Both the position numbers and the translations under genes were made by a program. The notes beneath the pieces were generated by a model. It saw only the letters and a list, made by a program, of their open reading frames with translations, was not told the DNA's origin and did not search any database. From contig CM082579.2 in NCBI GenBank assembly GCA_040954595.2, positions 16,034,550-16,098,549 on the forward strand: 64,000 nucleotides of DNA. Reading direction: 5' to 3'. Within the stretch, counting starts at the first letter, position 1, and each line of letters begins with the position of its first letter. Source of the DNA: Balanoglossus misakiensis (lineage: Eukaryota > Animalia > Hemichordata). This document shows, in pieces, positions 36,001 through 46,929 of this stretch.

Positions 36001-38320
36001 TGGTTTGATTTGCTGTGGACGTATTGCGGTATGTTGTTGGGTTTCGTGTAGGGCTGGTATTTTCCGGTGGTTAGGTTCAGGGTGGTGTCGAGAAAGTTCA
36101 CAATTTTTTTGTTGGCTTCGATTGTGATTTTCAGTCCATATTGGTTGAAGATGGCGCAGAGGTCTTTCTTTTTGCGTTCCACTTGTCGTGCTGACGCCTT
36201 GATTATACCGAGGCCGTCGTCCCTGTATAGGCCAAATTGGTTGCCGTGTTTTTTGGTGATCTCGTGGAGTATGAATGTGCCGACAAGCTCGCATGTTTCG
36301 GCGCCATCGTAGCTCCCCATGGTTACGTCAAATAGGTTGGATGATGATTTTTTCGTCCATTGTTCATTTTCGTTGAAGAGGCATGATCTCTTGGCATGGG
36401 TGATAATTTCTTTTTCGTCATTGGTGATATTATCATGGTTGGATGCAAATTCCAGCGCTGTGTTGAGCAGGTCGGCCGAGATGGATGGGTAAAAGTCTAC
36501 CACATCGAATGCAATGAATGAATATTGGTGCTTGTTGGGGATGCTATTAAACCATTTTAGGACTGCTTTGGTGCTCTTCCATTGGTTGAGACCTGTCTTT
36601 GTGATGACTTTCTTGTTGATTCTGTCTAGTATTTGTTTGCTGATTTTTCCGATTTCTGATTTTGCTGGGTTGATGAGACGGCATGTAGGCTTGTTTTTGA
36701 AGTTGGGCTTATGGTCTTTCAGGGTTATGAATGCTTCCCTTTTGGCTGTGGTGTTGATTCTGTCACCAAGGTCTAGTTTTGCTGCAATGTGGGCGGCGTC
36801 GGTTTCGATCATTTTGGTGGTTTCCGGGGGGACCTTCTTATATGACTTAGTAATGTTCTTGCTTAGTAAGGTATTGTAGGAAGGGGGGTCCATCTTGTAA
36901 AAGTTGTTGGATTTGTCTGCTGGTGCGAGGAGGTCCTGGGATTTCTTGATTTTGCTAACATCTGATGCTAGTTGTCTTTGGAAGCGGCAGTTAATATTTT
37001 GAAATTTTATGTTTTCGATCATGTTCAGCAGCCTGCCTTCAAAGCTTACCAATTCTTGAATTTGCGGTGGTGTCTTTTTTTAGTTGAATCCGTATGTTTC
37101 TTTGTTTATGGCACGTGTTTCTGGGTTTAGAAAGAAGTAGGCTTTCCATCTCATGCGTCTGCATAGGTGCTCGGTTTTTTCTATCAGTTTCCTGTTGTAC
37201 TCACGTTCTGATGGTAGTCCGATGTTCTTCGTTGAATAGTCAAAACTTCTGGGTTCCATGACAGTGGTATTTGCGAAGAGTGCTCGACACAAAGGAGCGT
37301 AGTAATACGATTTGGGAGTTCGTTGCACGACGAATGCTTCAACACGGCCGCACCACTATACCAACAGGCCATCTACAAAAGCGGATACAAACATGAACTG
37401 AAATTCACGCCGCCAACAGAACAACCACAAGCCCACAAGAGAAACCGCAGCAGGAACATAATATGGTACACCCCACCGTACAGTAAAAACGTCGCCACAC
37501 ATATAGGGAGAGAGTTCCTCAAAATAATTAACGAAGAATTCCCACCAAGCCACACCCTCCACAAGATATTCAACCGGAACACAGTAAAAATAAGCTACAG
37601 CACCATGAGCAACACAGCACAAACCATCCAGAATCACAACAAATCGGTACTTTCCAGCAACAACGACAACAGCACTAAAAAACAATGCAACTGCCGGTCA
37701 CCTGCAAACTGCCCAATGTCAGGACACTGCCTGACCGAATCAATTGTATACCAAGCCACCGTTACTACGCAGGATAGCAAGCCAGACCAAACCTACGTCG
37801 GACTAACTGCCAACACCTTCAAGACCCGCTTCAACAACCACAAGGACTCATTCAGGAACGCCGCCAAAAAGAACAGTACAGAACTCAGTAAATACATTTG
37901 GAAACTAAAGGACGAGCACATAGAACACAAAATCACATGGAAAACAATAAAACAAGCTAGCCCCTATACCCCCACCAGCAAGAGATGCAACCTATGTCTT
38001 TGGGAAAAATATTTCATCATATGCAAACCAAAACTAGCCACACTCAACAAACGTAACGAACTCGTCAGCACATGCCGCCACTCCAGCAAATTCCTCCTGA
38101 AGAATCTGGCCAATCAGCACCCCTCCACACAGCCCCAATCAATACACACTCCCATTCAAATGTAGGCCCATTTGCATATCCACCCTACCCAATTCCCTGT
38201 TGTCCACACCCTTCACCATCATTCAGGCATCAGTATCTGACGAGTGTAGGCCCCGCTTACACGAAACTGAACAGTAATACACCGCCTATGTCAAAACAGC
38301 CTTAGTTCCCTTGCACACTC

Positions 38321-38418
<98 letters not shown>

Positions 38419-40570
38419 TAGTGGACAACAAAGGGACCGAAGAACTGTTTTGTTTGCAAAGGTAATTAGTTCATAGAGTTTATTTTAACTTGTGGTTCTG
38501 TGTCAAAGGGACTGAAAAATTTGTTTGGTAAGGACAGGTGTCCATGTTCAGAAGGTCCGGTTTAGACAGGTTCAGACTGTACAATCAGTTAATTTGCTTA
38601 CCAATGTGCCATACATAATTTGGTCCTTTACATCTGTACTCACGCCGTATTAACCGGCGATGCAGGCGTCGTTGAACGTTTATTGGATCCAGGATCCTAA
38701 GAAGTTTTCGTACAGTCTCCCTACAAAAAAAGAAATCTATTTATTACATATTTTAATAAAATAAGAATAATCTGCAATTTAATTGAAATGAGATTTGTAA
38801 TAAATCTGGGCCAAAGTTTTTATTCAATGAGTGAAATAGATTTGACATCTGCACTTCAACTTTAGATTAGCAGGGAGAATTAGGAAACAAGTCCATCACC
38901 TGTTATTTTCTTGCCAAGGGAGCTTATTCAAATAGCATTTCCCTTACATCAATCAGCCATTTCAAATAAAAGACCCTTGTTGATGATATCAATGAACACT
39001 TATGTTTGCATTATTGTTTTTATCATTCCAGTATTACAAAAAAAATTTTTTTACCTTTTAACCATCAATTGGTGCTTAGTTCTCAGGATAGCTAGCATTT
39101 CATTGGCTCCAACAATGCAGCCAGACCCTGTATTCAGTTCTGTCTGTAAATGAATAAAGGAAAGGATGGTTGGATAGATTGATAGATGTGTGAACAAATG
39201 AATGAACACATTCAATATTAGAATAGCTGACATTCACAGTTGAAAAAATTAGTTAATAAAATGTGACATAAATCGAATACTTTTGAAATTGCTTCTAATC
39301 CATGCAAGTGGTAGAACACAAACAACTGACATAAATGAATTAATTTCCTAGCAACAATGTCCCTCGCATATCTGCCCAAATGACAAAAGGGTGACCAGGA
39401 AAATGGAGTTCTTCTGCAAGATGTTCAGAATTTGATTTTAATTTGTTATACTGAATGTGTGCAATTAAGTCAGACTTGGGAAGTGGTGTCACTAATTAAA
39501 TGTAGGTTAGGGTAAAGAGCTTAACATACAAGCACAGCAGAAACAATGTCATCAAAAGATGACTGTGCTCTTCTCCCTTTTCGATAGAGTCCAAGGTGAT
39601 GGAGGAATTTGCGCTTGAAGTATGAAAACCTACAGAGTCAAAATAAAGTGAGAGTGAGTTGTACACTAAAGGGATAACATAAAAGGAAGAGACTGGTCAT
39701 TACACAATTTCCAAGTAACAGATAATAAAATAATGTAAGTTTACCACTCAAAAGTAAAGTTATTATGTTTTTAATGCTGTTTACCTCAAACGGAATCCAT
39801 GTTGTTTTACCATTACATAATAAATTAATTTGTGTGTATAACCATACGAGAAATACTTCTTAATGAGTTCCCTTTGCTCTGTAAGAAAATAATATTCACA
39901 AGTGACTTGTGTAAAATTGGCAATCTAACATAAAAGGAAATTATCTATCTGTTTGCATTAAATGCAGTATTTTGGTTTCAGGTTTTAGGTGTACATGTAC
40001 CCCTATTCTACAGCTTTGAAGAGCCAACCCCATCAAGGAACCATTCTGTTTTTTATCTAAGCATTAAATAGTGGTTTCATATATCCATGTAAATGCTGTT
40101 GTTTCATAAGAATTGGCCAGTTATTGTGCTATTTCCCAATTCATTCTAATGCTAGTTTGCATAGCTAAGTGCCAGTAAACAGTTAATTTGCCAGACTTCA
40201 CCAACATAATAATAATTCATTGTAGCAATCTAACACTGAGTGGGAAATAAATGGGAATTCAATTTCAACAAAATTAATCTGATTATTGCTGAATTTTAAA
40301 AGCTGAGAATTTCATCATGTTTAAATGCTGAACAAGAAACTGAAATAAACTGAGAACATAATAGTTGCTAGCCTGGTCTCCATACCCAGTGTGTTTTATA
40401 GATAGACTCGCACACTAGGTATGGATACCAGGCTATAGTTGAAATCTTAAGACACAGTAAAGCTTCAAATCTGATCAATGCCTTTCCTTCTTTCAATGTT
40501 TAGAAAGAACATGTAAAGTAACGTCATAAAATTCATAATGAAACTTACCTAGAGTAGCCATAATTCTCAT
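27038..40570 (-). CDS. IS3EU-like DDE transposase (integrase-core type), 12 exons, ~400 aa, one apparent 1-nt frameshift
   Basis: Exons 40570-40549, 39878-39785, 39629-39530, 39143-39055, 38720-38602, 34525-34471, 34257-34160, 33801-33665, 28841-28777, 28409-28363, 28074-27923 and 27261-27038, all with GT-AG introns. The spliced protein contains GPNYVWHI[D]GYDKL...[15 protein letters not shown]...PRILRA[D]HGTE...STANQRI[E]RWW...WNHHRIR. Ten of 11 junctions are in phase; exon 9/10 is 1 nt short. Confidence 0.88.
29527..30339 (+). CDS. LINE ORF1 protein (coiled coil + RRM-like/C-terminal domain)
   Basis: 270-aa ORF with a heptad region and motifs [32 protein letters not shown] and YKYAWTRNG. 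Confidence 0.9.
   Translation: MPRRKDQTPSGSSDSCQSTPPAGTPQSIENRLAEICSHVNHIPALLISIAELKESQSTIHSSLEFFNGLVEEVRGRVSTLELENKEVKETNAQLFTRITELEKSMESMNQYNRRENIELHGIPESADDGENTDAIVTRVLKKIDPGISDHDIVITHRLGQKHTGDNAAPTFPRPIIVRFLSRKKRDYIHRNKKKLATITTGDIGYANRNKIYVNENLTPKARKLFKMTNVKRKSARYKYAWTRNGEVLVKKSEQSPVLVIRNELDLAKIV
30382..33333 (+). CDS. LINE ORF2: AP endonuclease + reverse transcriptase
   Basis: Uninterrupted 983-aa ORF. APE motifs HINARSL, SETW, MGDFN, TIDH and SDHLP; RT motifs [22 protein letters not shown] and LFADD. Confidence 0.97.
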   Translation: MPNSVNDIDDDIFTVTNHILEPSTFNDKFSSRSSHSFSVSHINARSLCNSIDDVRLLYNECITSPFHIIGVSETWQINNQTFFNLPNYSFELNSRNIGRGGGVGAYIHCSLKYKLLNFNVVHSESLWFEICGLKNRIVVGVLYRKPGTSVTEFEDSLFNVLCSLKLDKKHCILMGDFNIDVSSPDSSARDFIPRMQCLHLEQLISSPTRITSTSKSTIDHIYSNISSCHIDAGTIIADISDHLPIFSIFNNFNVHTPFVRSVCTRNFRRYNSARFISDLINVNWNVVMHNNSCVNTAFDTFSNLFSQVCDHHAPLEVKTIKAKCNKNPWITKAIKKSIRTKRKLYAKVVTTQHEPSAVARYTTYRNILTSVLRKAKRVYYANLFTVNNNGKVWNVVNELLGKNTTLDKAPDQLKVNVNGIERLVDKPADMAKCFNDFFVHVGQNLAKHIPKTTKDFKNYMNDPMPNSFFLHPVTVAEIKEILVHLDSKKASGWDNIPPRLLIDAADVIAQPLTHIINMSFCTGVFPNSLKVAKVKPIFKKGEQNIAGNYRPIAILSMFSKVIEKVVNKQVITYLDKYNILYKHQYGFRKNHSTKHTLINLVNHLLKEIDKGNSTLGVFIDFSKAFDTIHHATLLSKLEHYGFRGPCQHWFNSYLTDRSQYVTLTSHVSEKSLIHNGVPQGSVLGPTLFLIYINDLPNSSTFFYFRLFADDSNLFHSFSGADSINLTHISSYLNDVQQWCNANKLTINRAKTHFIIFRGRQKKLNVLGSLQIQNEEIKEVDVIPFVGVLLDKHLSWSHQINKINNLIRKHCGILYKIRNILPLHIRILYYNAFILPHVTYGLEVWGNTYPTKLRCIQVAQKTIVRIMLFKSHMDHSSPLFNQLNILDITKLHSYLLGSFIYYLYHQKSPHSLSDYFNTTSHEHNTRIWLHHYLRPFHAKTNSGQFSISHTGAKIWNDIPPQIKSSNTLCQFRRTFKQHLLNQYK
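34549..34868. mobile_element. Palindromic MITE (~320 bp hairpin)
   Basis: atgtcatacatgcctaaatgtagggataaactg... is matched by ...cagtttatccctatatttaggcatgtatgacat, with arms of ~150 bp. Confidence 0.85.
34989..35051 (-). ncRNA. Type I hammerhead ribozyme (minus copy)
   Basis: Reverse complement of 38225-38287. Confidence 0.85.
35111..37259 (-). pseudogene. Penelope-like RT-GIY-YIG ORF, disrupted
   Basis: RT motifs [14 protein letters not shown] and LYRDD; endonuclease motif IVYQATV...YVG. Lesions are an in-frame TAA at 37080-37082, a frameshift near 35985, and a 13-nt deletion near 35378 relative to the plus copy. Confidence 0.88.
37327..38165 (+). pseudogene. 5'-truncated inverted Penelope copy with an open GIY-YIG frame
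   Basis: 280-aa open frame (CNCR..CP...[19 protein letters not shown]) that lacks the RT and a true start codon. Confidence 0.8.
38225..38287 (+). ncRNA. Type I hammerhead ribozyme (plus copy)
   Basis: gtat-CTGACGA-gtgtaggc-ccc-gcttacac-GAA-actg-aa-cagt-A-atac: complete core, stems I-III, GUA cleavage triplet, and stem I extended by aggc/gcct. Confidence 0.87.
38324..38416. repeat. (TA)n microsatellite
   Basis: Pure TA tract of ~90 bp. A shorter partner tract lies at ~34868-34883. Confidence 0.98.
40369..40435. mobile_element. Mini hairpin element TAGCCTGG..CCAGGCTA
   Basis: tagcctggtctccatacccagtgtg pairs with cacactaggtatggataccaggcta. Confidence 0.7.
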
Positions 40571-40865
40571 CAGCAACAGTTGCCTTGGAGTAGCATGTTG
40601 ATCTTATGCGCATGCTCTGTACGAACATCGGTTGACCACATGATAACAAACGTAAAAATTATAATTTGCTAATAACAATAATTTATTTAAAATATCTAAG
40701 CCTATAACGTTGAAAGACTTTTAGCTCAGTGTTCTAACAAATGCATGGGAGACCTAGCAGCAGTTCAGCATCTCGAGATTTTGCCTTGTGATTTACTCTT
40801 TGACTACAAAACCTTAACTAAAGAGGAGACCGAGAAGAAAAGGCCGCTGTCCAAAATCGCCGACA

Positions 40866-41100
40866 ACTCTTTAGCTGAAACGCCAATGCGCATGTGTAGA
40901 ATGCCGGTGCGACAAAACTCTCCAGAAACGCCGATGCGAGAAAACTCTAGCTGAAACGCCGATGCGCATGTGTAGAAATGCCGGTGCGACAAAACTCTCC
41001 AGAAACGCGGATGCGACAAAACTCTCCAGAAACGCCGATGCGACAACTCTCTAGCTGAAACGCCGATGCGATAACTCTCCAGAAACGCCGATGCGAGAAC
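40866..41100. repeat. Right subterminal array
   Basis: Inverted ~26-bp modules (gaaacgccgatgcgacaaaactctcc) in a different order from the left array. Confidence 0.9.
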
Positions 41101-41305
41101 TCATCAAATCACCGGTTGTGATTTTGTCGGCGCCGGTAGATTGAGTAAAGGTGTCGGCAAAAATTTGGTTGTTACCGGCATTTTAGATTACGGCGTCGGC
41201 ACCCAATGTGCGTCATATTTTCAGCATATGCGTTCCTATCATTTGTCTATGGACTTTACCCATGTATTGAGAGAAGTTGTCGGGGGTCCCCAACGGCTTT
41301 CCATA
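41081..41305 (-). repeat. Right TIR (225 bp)
   Basis: Ends ...cggctttcCATA, followed by the TSD ACAGAC and resumed satellite. Confidence 0.95.
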
Positions 41306-44300
41306 ACAGACACTAGCGTTCGTTAGCAACGGTAATCAAGTCGGATTTCCTTCGGCCTGGCTCTGCAAAAGACCCGACACTCTAGTACAAAGAAGTTGGC
41401 TAAGTCGGGCAAACCGAACAGGGAAAGTCACAGCGGGTCAACACTCGACATTTGTTCCGGTAGGACTGCATTATTGCCTGTCAATTTATAGAGAAAGCCC
41501 GAATTTAACCAGGGCGTTTCAAACACCGACGTTAGTTGGGGCACGGCCTGCAGTACTGCCGGGTAAGCTGACATCAGCGTACCGCATATAATGTAGGGGG
41601 GGGGGGAACAGAACGGTTAAATACTACATTTATCAGATATCAGCTAATTTTGGACAATCATCTAAAATGTAAATCATCTTTTCATATTTGGATATCTGAT
41701 GATGTATGACATTTCCATTATATGTAAAAATGGTGCTGATTACAAAAATGCACTCTGAATGAGCTGATTTAACGCAAAATTGCGTTTTATTCGTTTTTGC
41801 ACCAAAAAGGTCATTTTTAGGCAAAACATTCTTTATTTTTTTAATTCGGTGACCTGATCATATATAAACAATTGCTTGTATGTTAAAAGTTTTTATGACT
41901 TTTAAAAGCAGTGACACTGGCGGCATTCAACACGAAAATAACAATTTTAGCCACAATTTGGTCAAAATGGTAAATTTTTGAAAATTACAAAAAATACCTG
42001 TTTTCTACATTTTCGGAAATCTGATGGAGTATAGAATGCTCTTCGTATGTATATATCGATACAAATTCCACAAAAGACCGTCTAATTTGGCTCACTGCAG
42101 ACAAAATTGCGTTTTACAAAATTTTCCTTGAAAATGTCATTTTTAGAAAAAAAAAATAAAAAAAACTTTTATCTTCGAATTTGGTGCCCTGATCATATAT
42201 GACATGTTGATTGTATGTTAAAACTTTCGACCACTCCAAAAATGCAGAGATATTAACGGAATTCAAGAAAAAATAGCCATTTTGGCCATATTTTGACAAA
42301 AATGGTAAATTTTTAAAAAATCATAAAAAATTAACTCTTCTTCATTTTCGGAAATATTATGGAGCATGAAGTGTCGTTCTCTTGTAAAAAGTGCTGCAAA
42401 TTCCAGAAAAGGCGGTATAATTTGAATCACCCAAGACAAAATTACCATTTTCGACTTTTTTTCGAAAAATTGTCTTTTTTACAAAATAAATAAGAATAAA
42501 TTCTTTTCTTAGTTTCAAACGGGTAGAGATACTTTCCACACGGGTTTTCTAACATTGAATTCCCGTTCATCAACTCAGATTTCCTACAGCATAAGTCGGC
42601 TAAAACCCTAAGACTTTAGAGCAGAAACAGTTGCACACTGGTAACGTTGAACAAGTCGATTTTTCTACGGCCTGGCTCGGCTAAATCTCCGTCACAATAT
42701 GACAGACACTAGCGTACGTTAGCAACGGTGATCAAGTCAGATTTTCTACGGCATGGCTTGGATAAAGCCCCGGCACTCTAGAGCAGAAACACGCGTACAG
42801 AGACCACGTTGATCTACTCACATTTCCTTCGGCCTGGCATGGCTGATGCCCCGGCACTATATATAGGACACAGACTGGCGTAAGTTAACAACGGTAATCA
42901 CGTCGGGTTTCCTACGGCCTGGCTCAGCTGAAGCCCCGGCACTCTAGAGCAGAAACAGGCGTACATTGACCACGTTGATCAAGTCAGATTTCCTACGGCG
43001 TGACTCGGCTGGTGCACCGGCTCTATATGACACAGACTGGCGTGAGTTATCAACGGTGATTACGCCGGATTTCCTACGGCATGGTTTAGCTGAAGCCCCG
43101 GCACTTTAGAGCGGAAACACGCGTACATTGACCACGATGATCAAGTCAGATCTCCTACGGCCTGGCTCGACTAAAACCCCGGCACACCATGACAGACACT
43201 AGCGTTCGTTAGCAACGGTGATCAAGTCGGATTTCCTTCGGCCTGGCTCTGCAAAAGACCCGACACATTAGTACAAAGACGTTGGCTAAGTCGGGCAAAC
43301 CGAAGAGGGAAAGTCACAGCGGGTCAACACTCGACATTTGTTCGGGTAGGACTGCATTATTGCCTGTCAATTTATAGAGAAAGCCCGAATTTAACCAGGG
43401 CGTTTCAAACACCGACGTTATTTGGGGGCACGGCCTGCAGTACTGCCGGGTAAGCTGACATCGGCGTACCGCATATAATGTAGGGGGGGGGGGACAGAAC
43501 GGTTCAATACTACATTTATTAGATATCAGCTAATTTTGGACAATCATCTAAAATCTAAATCATTTTTTTCATATTTGGATATCTGATGATGTATGAAATT
43601 TCCATTATATGTAAAAATGGTGCTGATTATAAAAAATGCACTCTGAATGAGCTGATTTAATACAAAATTGCGTTTTATTCGTTTTTGCACCAAAAAGGTC
43701 ATTTTTAGGCAAAACATTCTTTATTTTTTTAATTCGGTGACCTGATCATATATAAGCAATTGCTTGCATGTTAAAAGTTTTTATGACTTTTAAAAGCAGT
43801 GACACTGGCGGCATTCAACACGAAAATAACAATTTTAACCACAATTTGGTCAAAATGGTAAATTTTTGAAAATTACAAAAAATACCTGTTTTCTACATTT
43901 TCGGAAATCTGATGGAGTATAGAATGCTCTTCGTATATATATATCGATACAAATTCCACAAAAGACCGTCTAATTTGGCTCACTGCAGACAAAATTGCGT
44001 TTTACCAAATTTTCCTTGAAAATGTCATGTTTAGAAAAATAAAATAAAAAAACCTTCGTTCTTCGAATTTGGTGCCCTGATCATATATGACATGTTGATT
44101 GTATGTTAAAACTTTCGACCACTCCAAAAATGCAGAGATATTGACGGAATTCAAGAAAATATAGCCATTTTGGCCATATTTTGACAAAATGGTACATTTT
44201 TAAAAAATCATAAAAAATAAAACTCTTTTCTTCATTTTCGGAAATATTATGGAGCATGAAGTGTCGTTCTCTTGTAAAAAGTGCTGCAAATTCCAGAAAA

Positions 44301-46739
44301 TGTGGTATAATTTGAATCACCCAAGACAAAATTACCATTTTCGACTTGTTTTCGAAAAATTGTCTTTTTTACAAAATAAATAAGAATAAATTCTTTTCTT
44401 AGTTTCAAACGGGTAGAGATACTTTCCACACGGGTTTTCTAACATTGAATTCCCGTTCATCAACTCAGATTTCCTACAGCATAAGTCGGCTAAAACCCTG
44501 ACACTCTAGAGCAGAAACAGTTGCACACTGATAACGTTGAACAAGTCGATTTTTCTACGGCCTGGCTCGGCTAAATCTCGTCACAATATGACAGACACTA
44601 GCGTACGTTAGCAACGGTGATCAAGTCAGATTTTCAACGGCCTGGCTCGGCTAAATCTCCGTCACAATATGACAGACACTAGCGCACGTTAGCAACGGTG
44701 ATCAAGTCAGATTTCCTACGGCATGGCTTGGCTAAAGCCCTGGCACTCTAGAGCAGAAACACGCGTACAGAGACCACGTTGATCTACTCACATTTCCTTC
44801 GGCCTGGCACGGCTGATGCCCCGGCACTATATATAGGACACAAACTGGCGTAAGTTAACAACGGTAATCACGTCGGGTTTCCCACGGCCTGGCTCAGCTG
44901 AAGCCCCGGCACTCTAGAGCAGAAACAGGCGTACATTGACCACGTTGATCAAGTAAGATTTCCTACGGCGTGACTCGGCTGGTGCACCGGCTCTATATGA
45001 CACAGACTGGCGTAAGTTATCAACGGTAATCACGTCGGGTTTCCTACGGCCTGGATCAGCTGAAGCCCCGGCACTCTAGAGCAGAAACAGGCGTACATTG
45101 ACCACGTTGATCAAGTCAGATTTCCTACGGCCTGGTTCGACTAAAACCCCGGCACACCATGACAGACACTAGCGTTCGTTAGCAACGGTGATCAAGTCGG
45201 ATTTCCTTCGGCCTGGCTCGGCAAAAGACCCGACCCTCTAGTACAAAGACGTTGGCTAAGTCGGGCAAACCGAAGAGGGAAAGTCACAGCGGGTCAACAC
45301 TCGACATTTGTTCGGGTAGGACTGCATTATTGCCTGTTAATTTATAGAGAAAGCCCGAATTTAACCAGGGCGCTTCAAACACCGACGTTAGTTGGGGGCA
45401 CGGCCTGCAGTCCTGCCGGGTAAGGTGACATCGGCGTACCGCATATAATGTAGGGGGGGGGGGGGGAGAAACAGAACGGTTCAATACTACATTTATCAGA
45501 TATCAGCTAATTTTGGACAATCATCTAAAATCTAAATCATCTTTTCATATTTGGATATCTGATGATGTATGAAATTTCCATTATATGTAAAAATGGTGCT
45601 GATTATAAAAATGCACTCTGAATGAGCTGATTTAATACAAAATTGCGTTTTATTCGTTTTTGCACCAAAAAGGTCATTTTTAGGCAAAACATTCTTTATT
45701 TTTTTAATTCGGTGACCTGATCATATATAAACAATTGCTTGTATGTTAAAAGTTTTTATGACTTTTAAAAGCAGTGACACTGGCGGCATTCAACACGAAA
45801 ATAACAATTTTAGCCACAATTTGGTCAAAATGGTAAATTTTTGAAAATTACAAAAAATACCTGTTTTCTACATTTTTGGAAATCTGATGGAGTATAGAAT
45901 GCTCTTCGTATGTATATATCGATACAAATTCCACAAAAGACCGTCTAATTTGGCTCACTGCAGACAAAATTGCGTTTTACCAAATTTTCCTTGAAAATGT
46001 CATTTTTAGAAAAATAAAATAAAAAAACCTTTGTTCTTCAAATGTGGTGCCCTGATCATATATGACATGTTGATTGTATGTTAAAATTTTCGACCACTCC
46101 AAAAATGCAGAGATATTGACGGAATTCAAGAAAAAATAGCCATTTTGGCCATATTTTGACAAAAATGGTAAATTTTTAAAAAATCATAAAACATTAACTA
46201 TTTTCTTCATTTTCGGAAATATTATGGAGCATGAAGTGTCGTTCTCTTGTAAAAAGTGCTGCAAATTCCAGAAAAGGTGGTATAATTTGAATCACCCAAG
46301 ACAAAATTACCATTTTCGACTTTTTTTCGAAAAATTGTCTTTTTAACAAAATAAATAAGAATAAATTCTTTTCTTAGTTTCAAACGGGAAGAGATACTTT
46401 CCACACGGGTTTTCTAACATTGAATTCCCGTTCATCAACTCAGATTTCCTACAGCATAAGTCAGCTAAAACCCTGACACTCTAGAGCAGAAACAGTTGCT
46501 GGTAACGTTGAACAAGTCGATTTTTCTACGGCCTGGCTCGGCTAAATCTCCGTCACAATATGACAGACACTAGCGTACGTTAGCAACGGTGATCAAGTCA
46601 GATTTTCTACGGCATGGCTTGGATAAAGCCCCGGCACTCTAGAGCAGAAACACGCGTACAGAGACCACGTTGATGAAGTCTGATCTCCTACGGCTTGGCT
46701 CGACTAAAACCCCGGCACACTATGACAGACACTAGCGTT

Positions 46740-46929
46740 ATTATTATTATTATTATTATTAAGAATTGTTTAAAATGCGCTACACATACGTCTCAGCGCA
46801 TTGTGCACAGCTAAAACAGTAGATTAAAAAATACAAGGCTGGTAAAAATAGTTAAAAGGACACAATCGAACACGTTACACATAAAACCGAGTAAAAAGGT
46901 ATGTTTTCAAATTACGCTTAAAAATATTG
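46740..46929 (-). mobile_element. 5'-truncated L2-like LINE 3' end with AGCGTT TSD
   Basis: The minus strand reads NIFKRNLKTYLFTRFYV*, then a stem-loop aatgcgct..agcgcatt and a (TAA)n tail. AGCGTT lies at 46734-46739 and 46930-46935. Confidence 0.85.

Larger units (their letters stand above)
34882..38325 (-). mobile_element. Penelope-like element (RT + C-terminal GIY-YIG) with an inverted 3' copy, inserted in (TA)n
   Basis: Minus-strand body 37327-34882 with a 25-bp direct repeat at both ends (34882-34906 and 37303-37327). The segment 37327-38325 is an inverted copy of 34951-35936. (TA)n lies on both flanks. Confidence 0.92.
15386..41305. mobile_element. Large IS3EU-like DDE DNA transposon (~25.9 kb including nested insertions) with cargo genes
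   Basis: Termini are TATGG...CCATA with 225-bp TIRs. The 6-bp TSD ACAGAC lies at 15380-15385 and 41306-41311, and the empty site ccatgACAGACactagcg is seen in other satellite units. It encodes an internal spliced IS3/integrase-type transposase. TAY..RTA termini with a 6-bp TSD are the described IS3EU signature. Confidence 0.9.

Noticed and set aside
35578-36879. Plus-strand ORFs overlapping the Penelope RT
   Set aside because: Antisense shadows of a compositionally biased coding strand.
15386-41305. Polinton/Maverick or LTR-retrotransposon interpretation (long terminal repeats, 6-bp TSD, integrase-like enzyme)
   Set aside because: No protein-primed polymerase, ATPase, capsid or gag genes were seen. 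The ends are TAT..ATA inverted repeats, not AG..CT termini or direct LTRs. The RTs belong to nested non-LTR elements.
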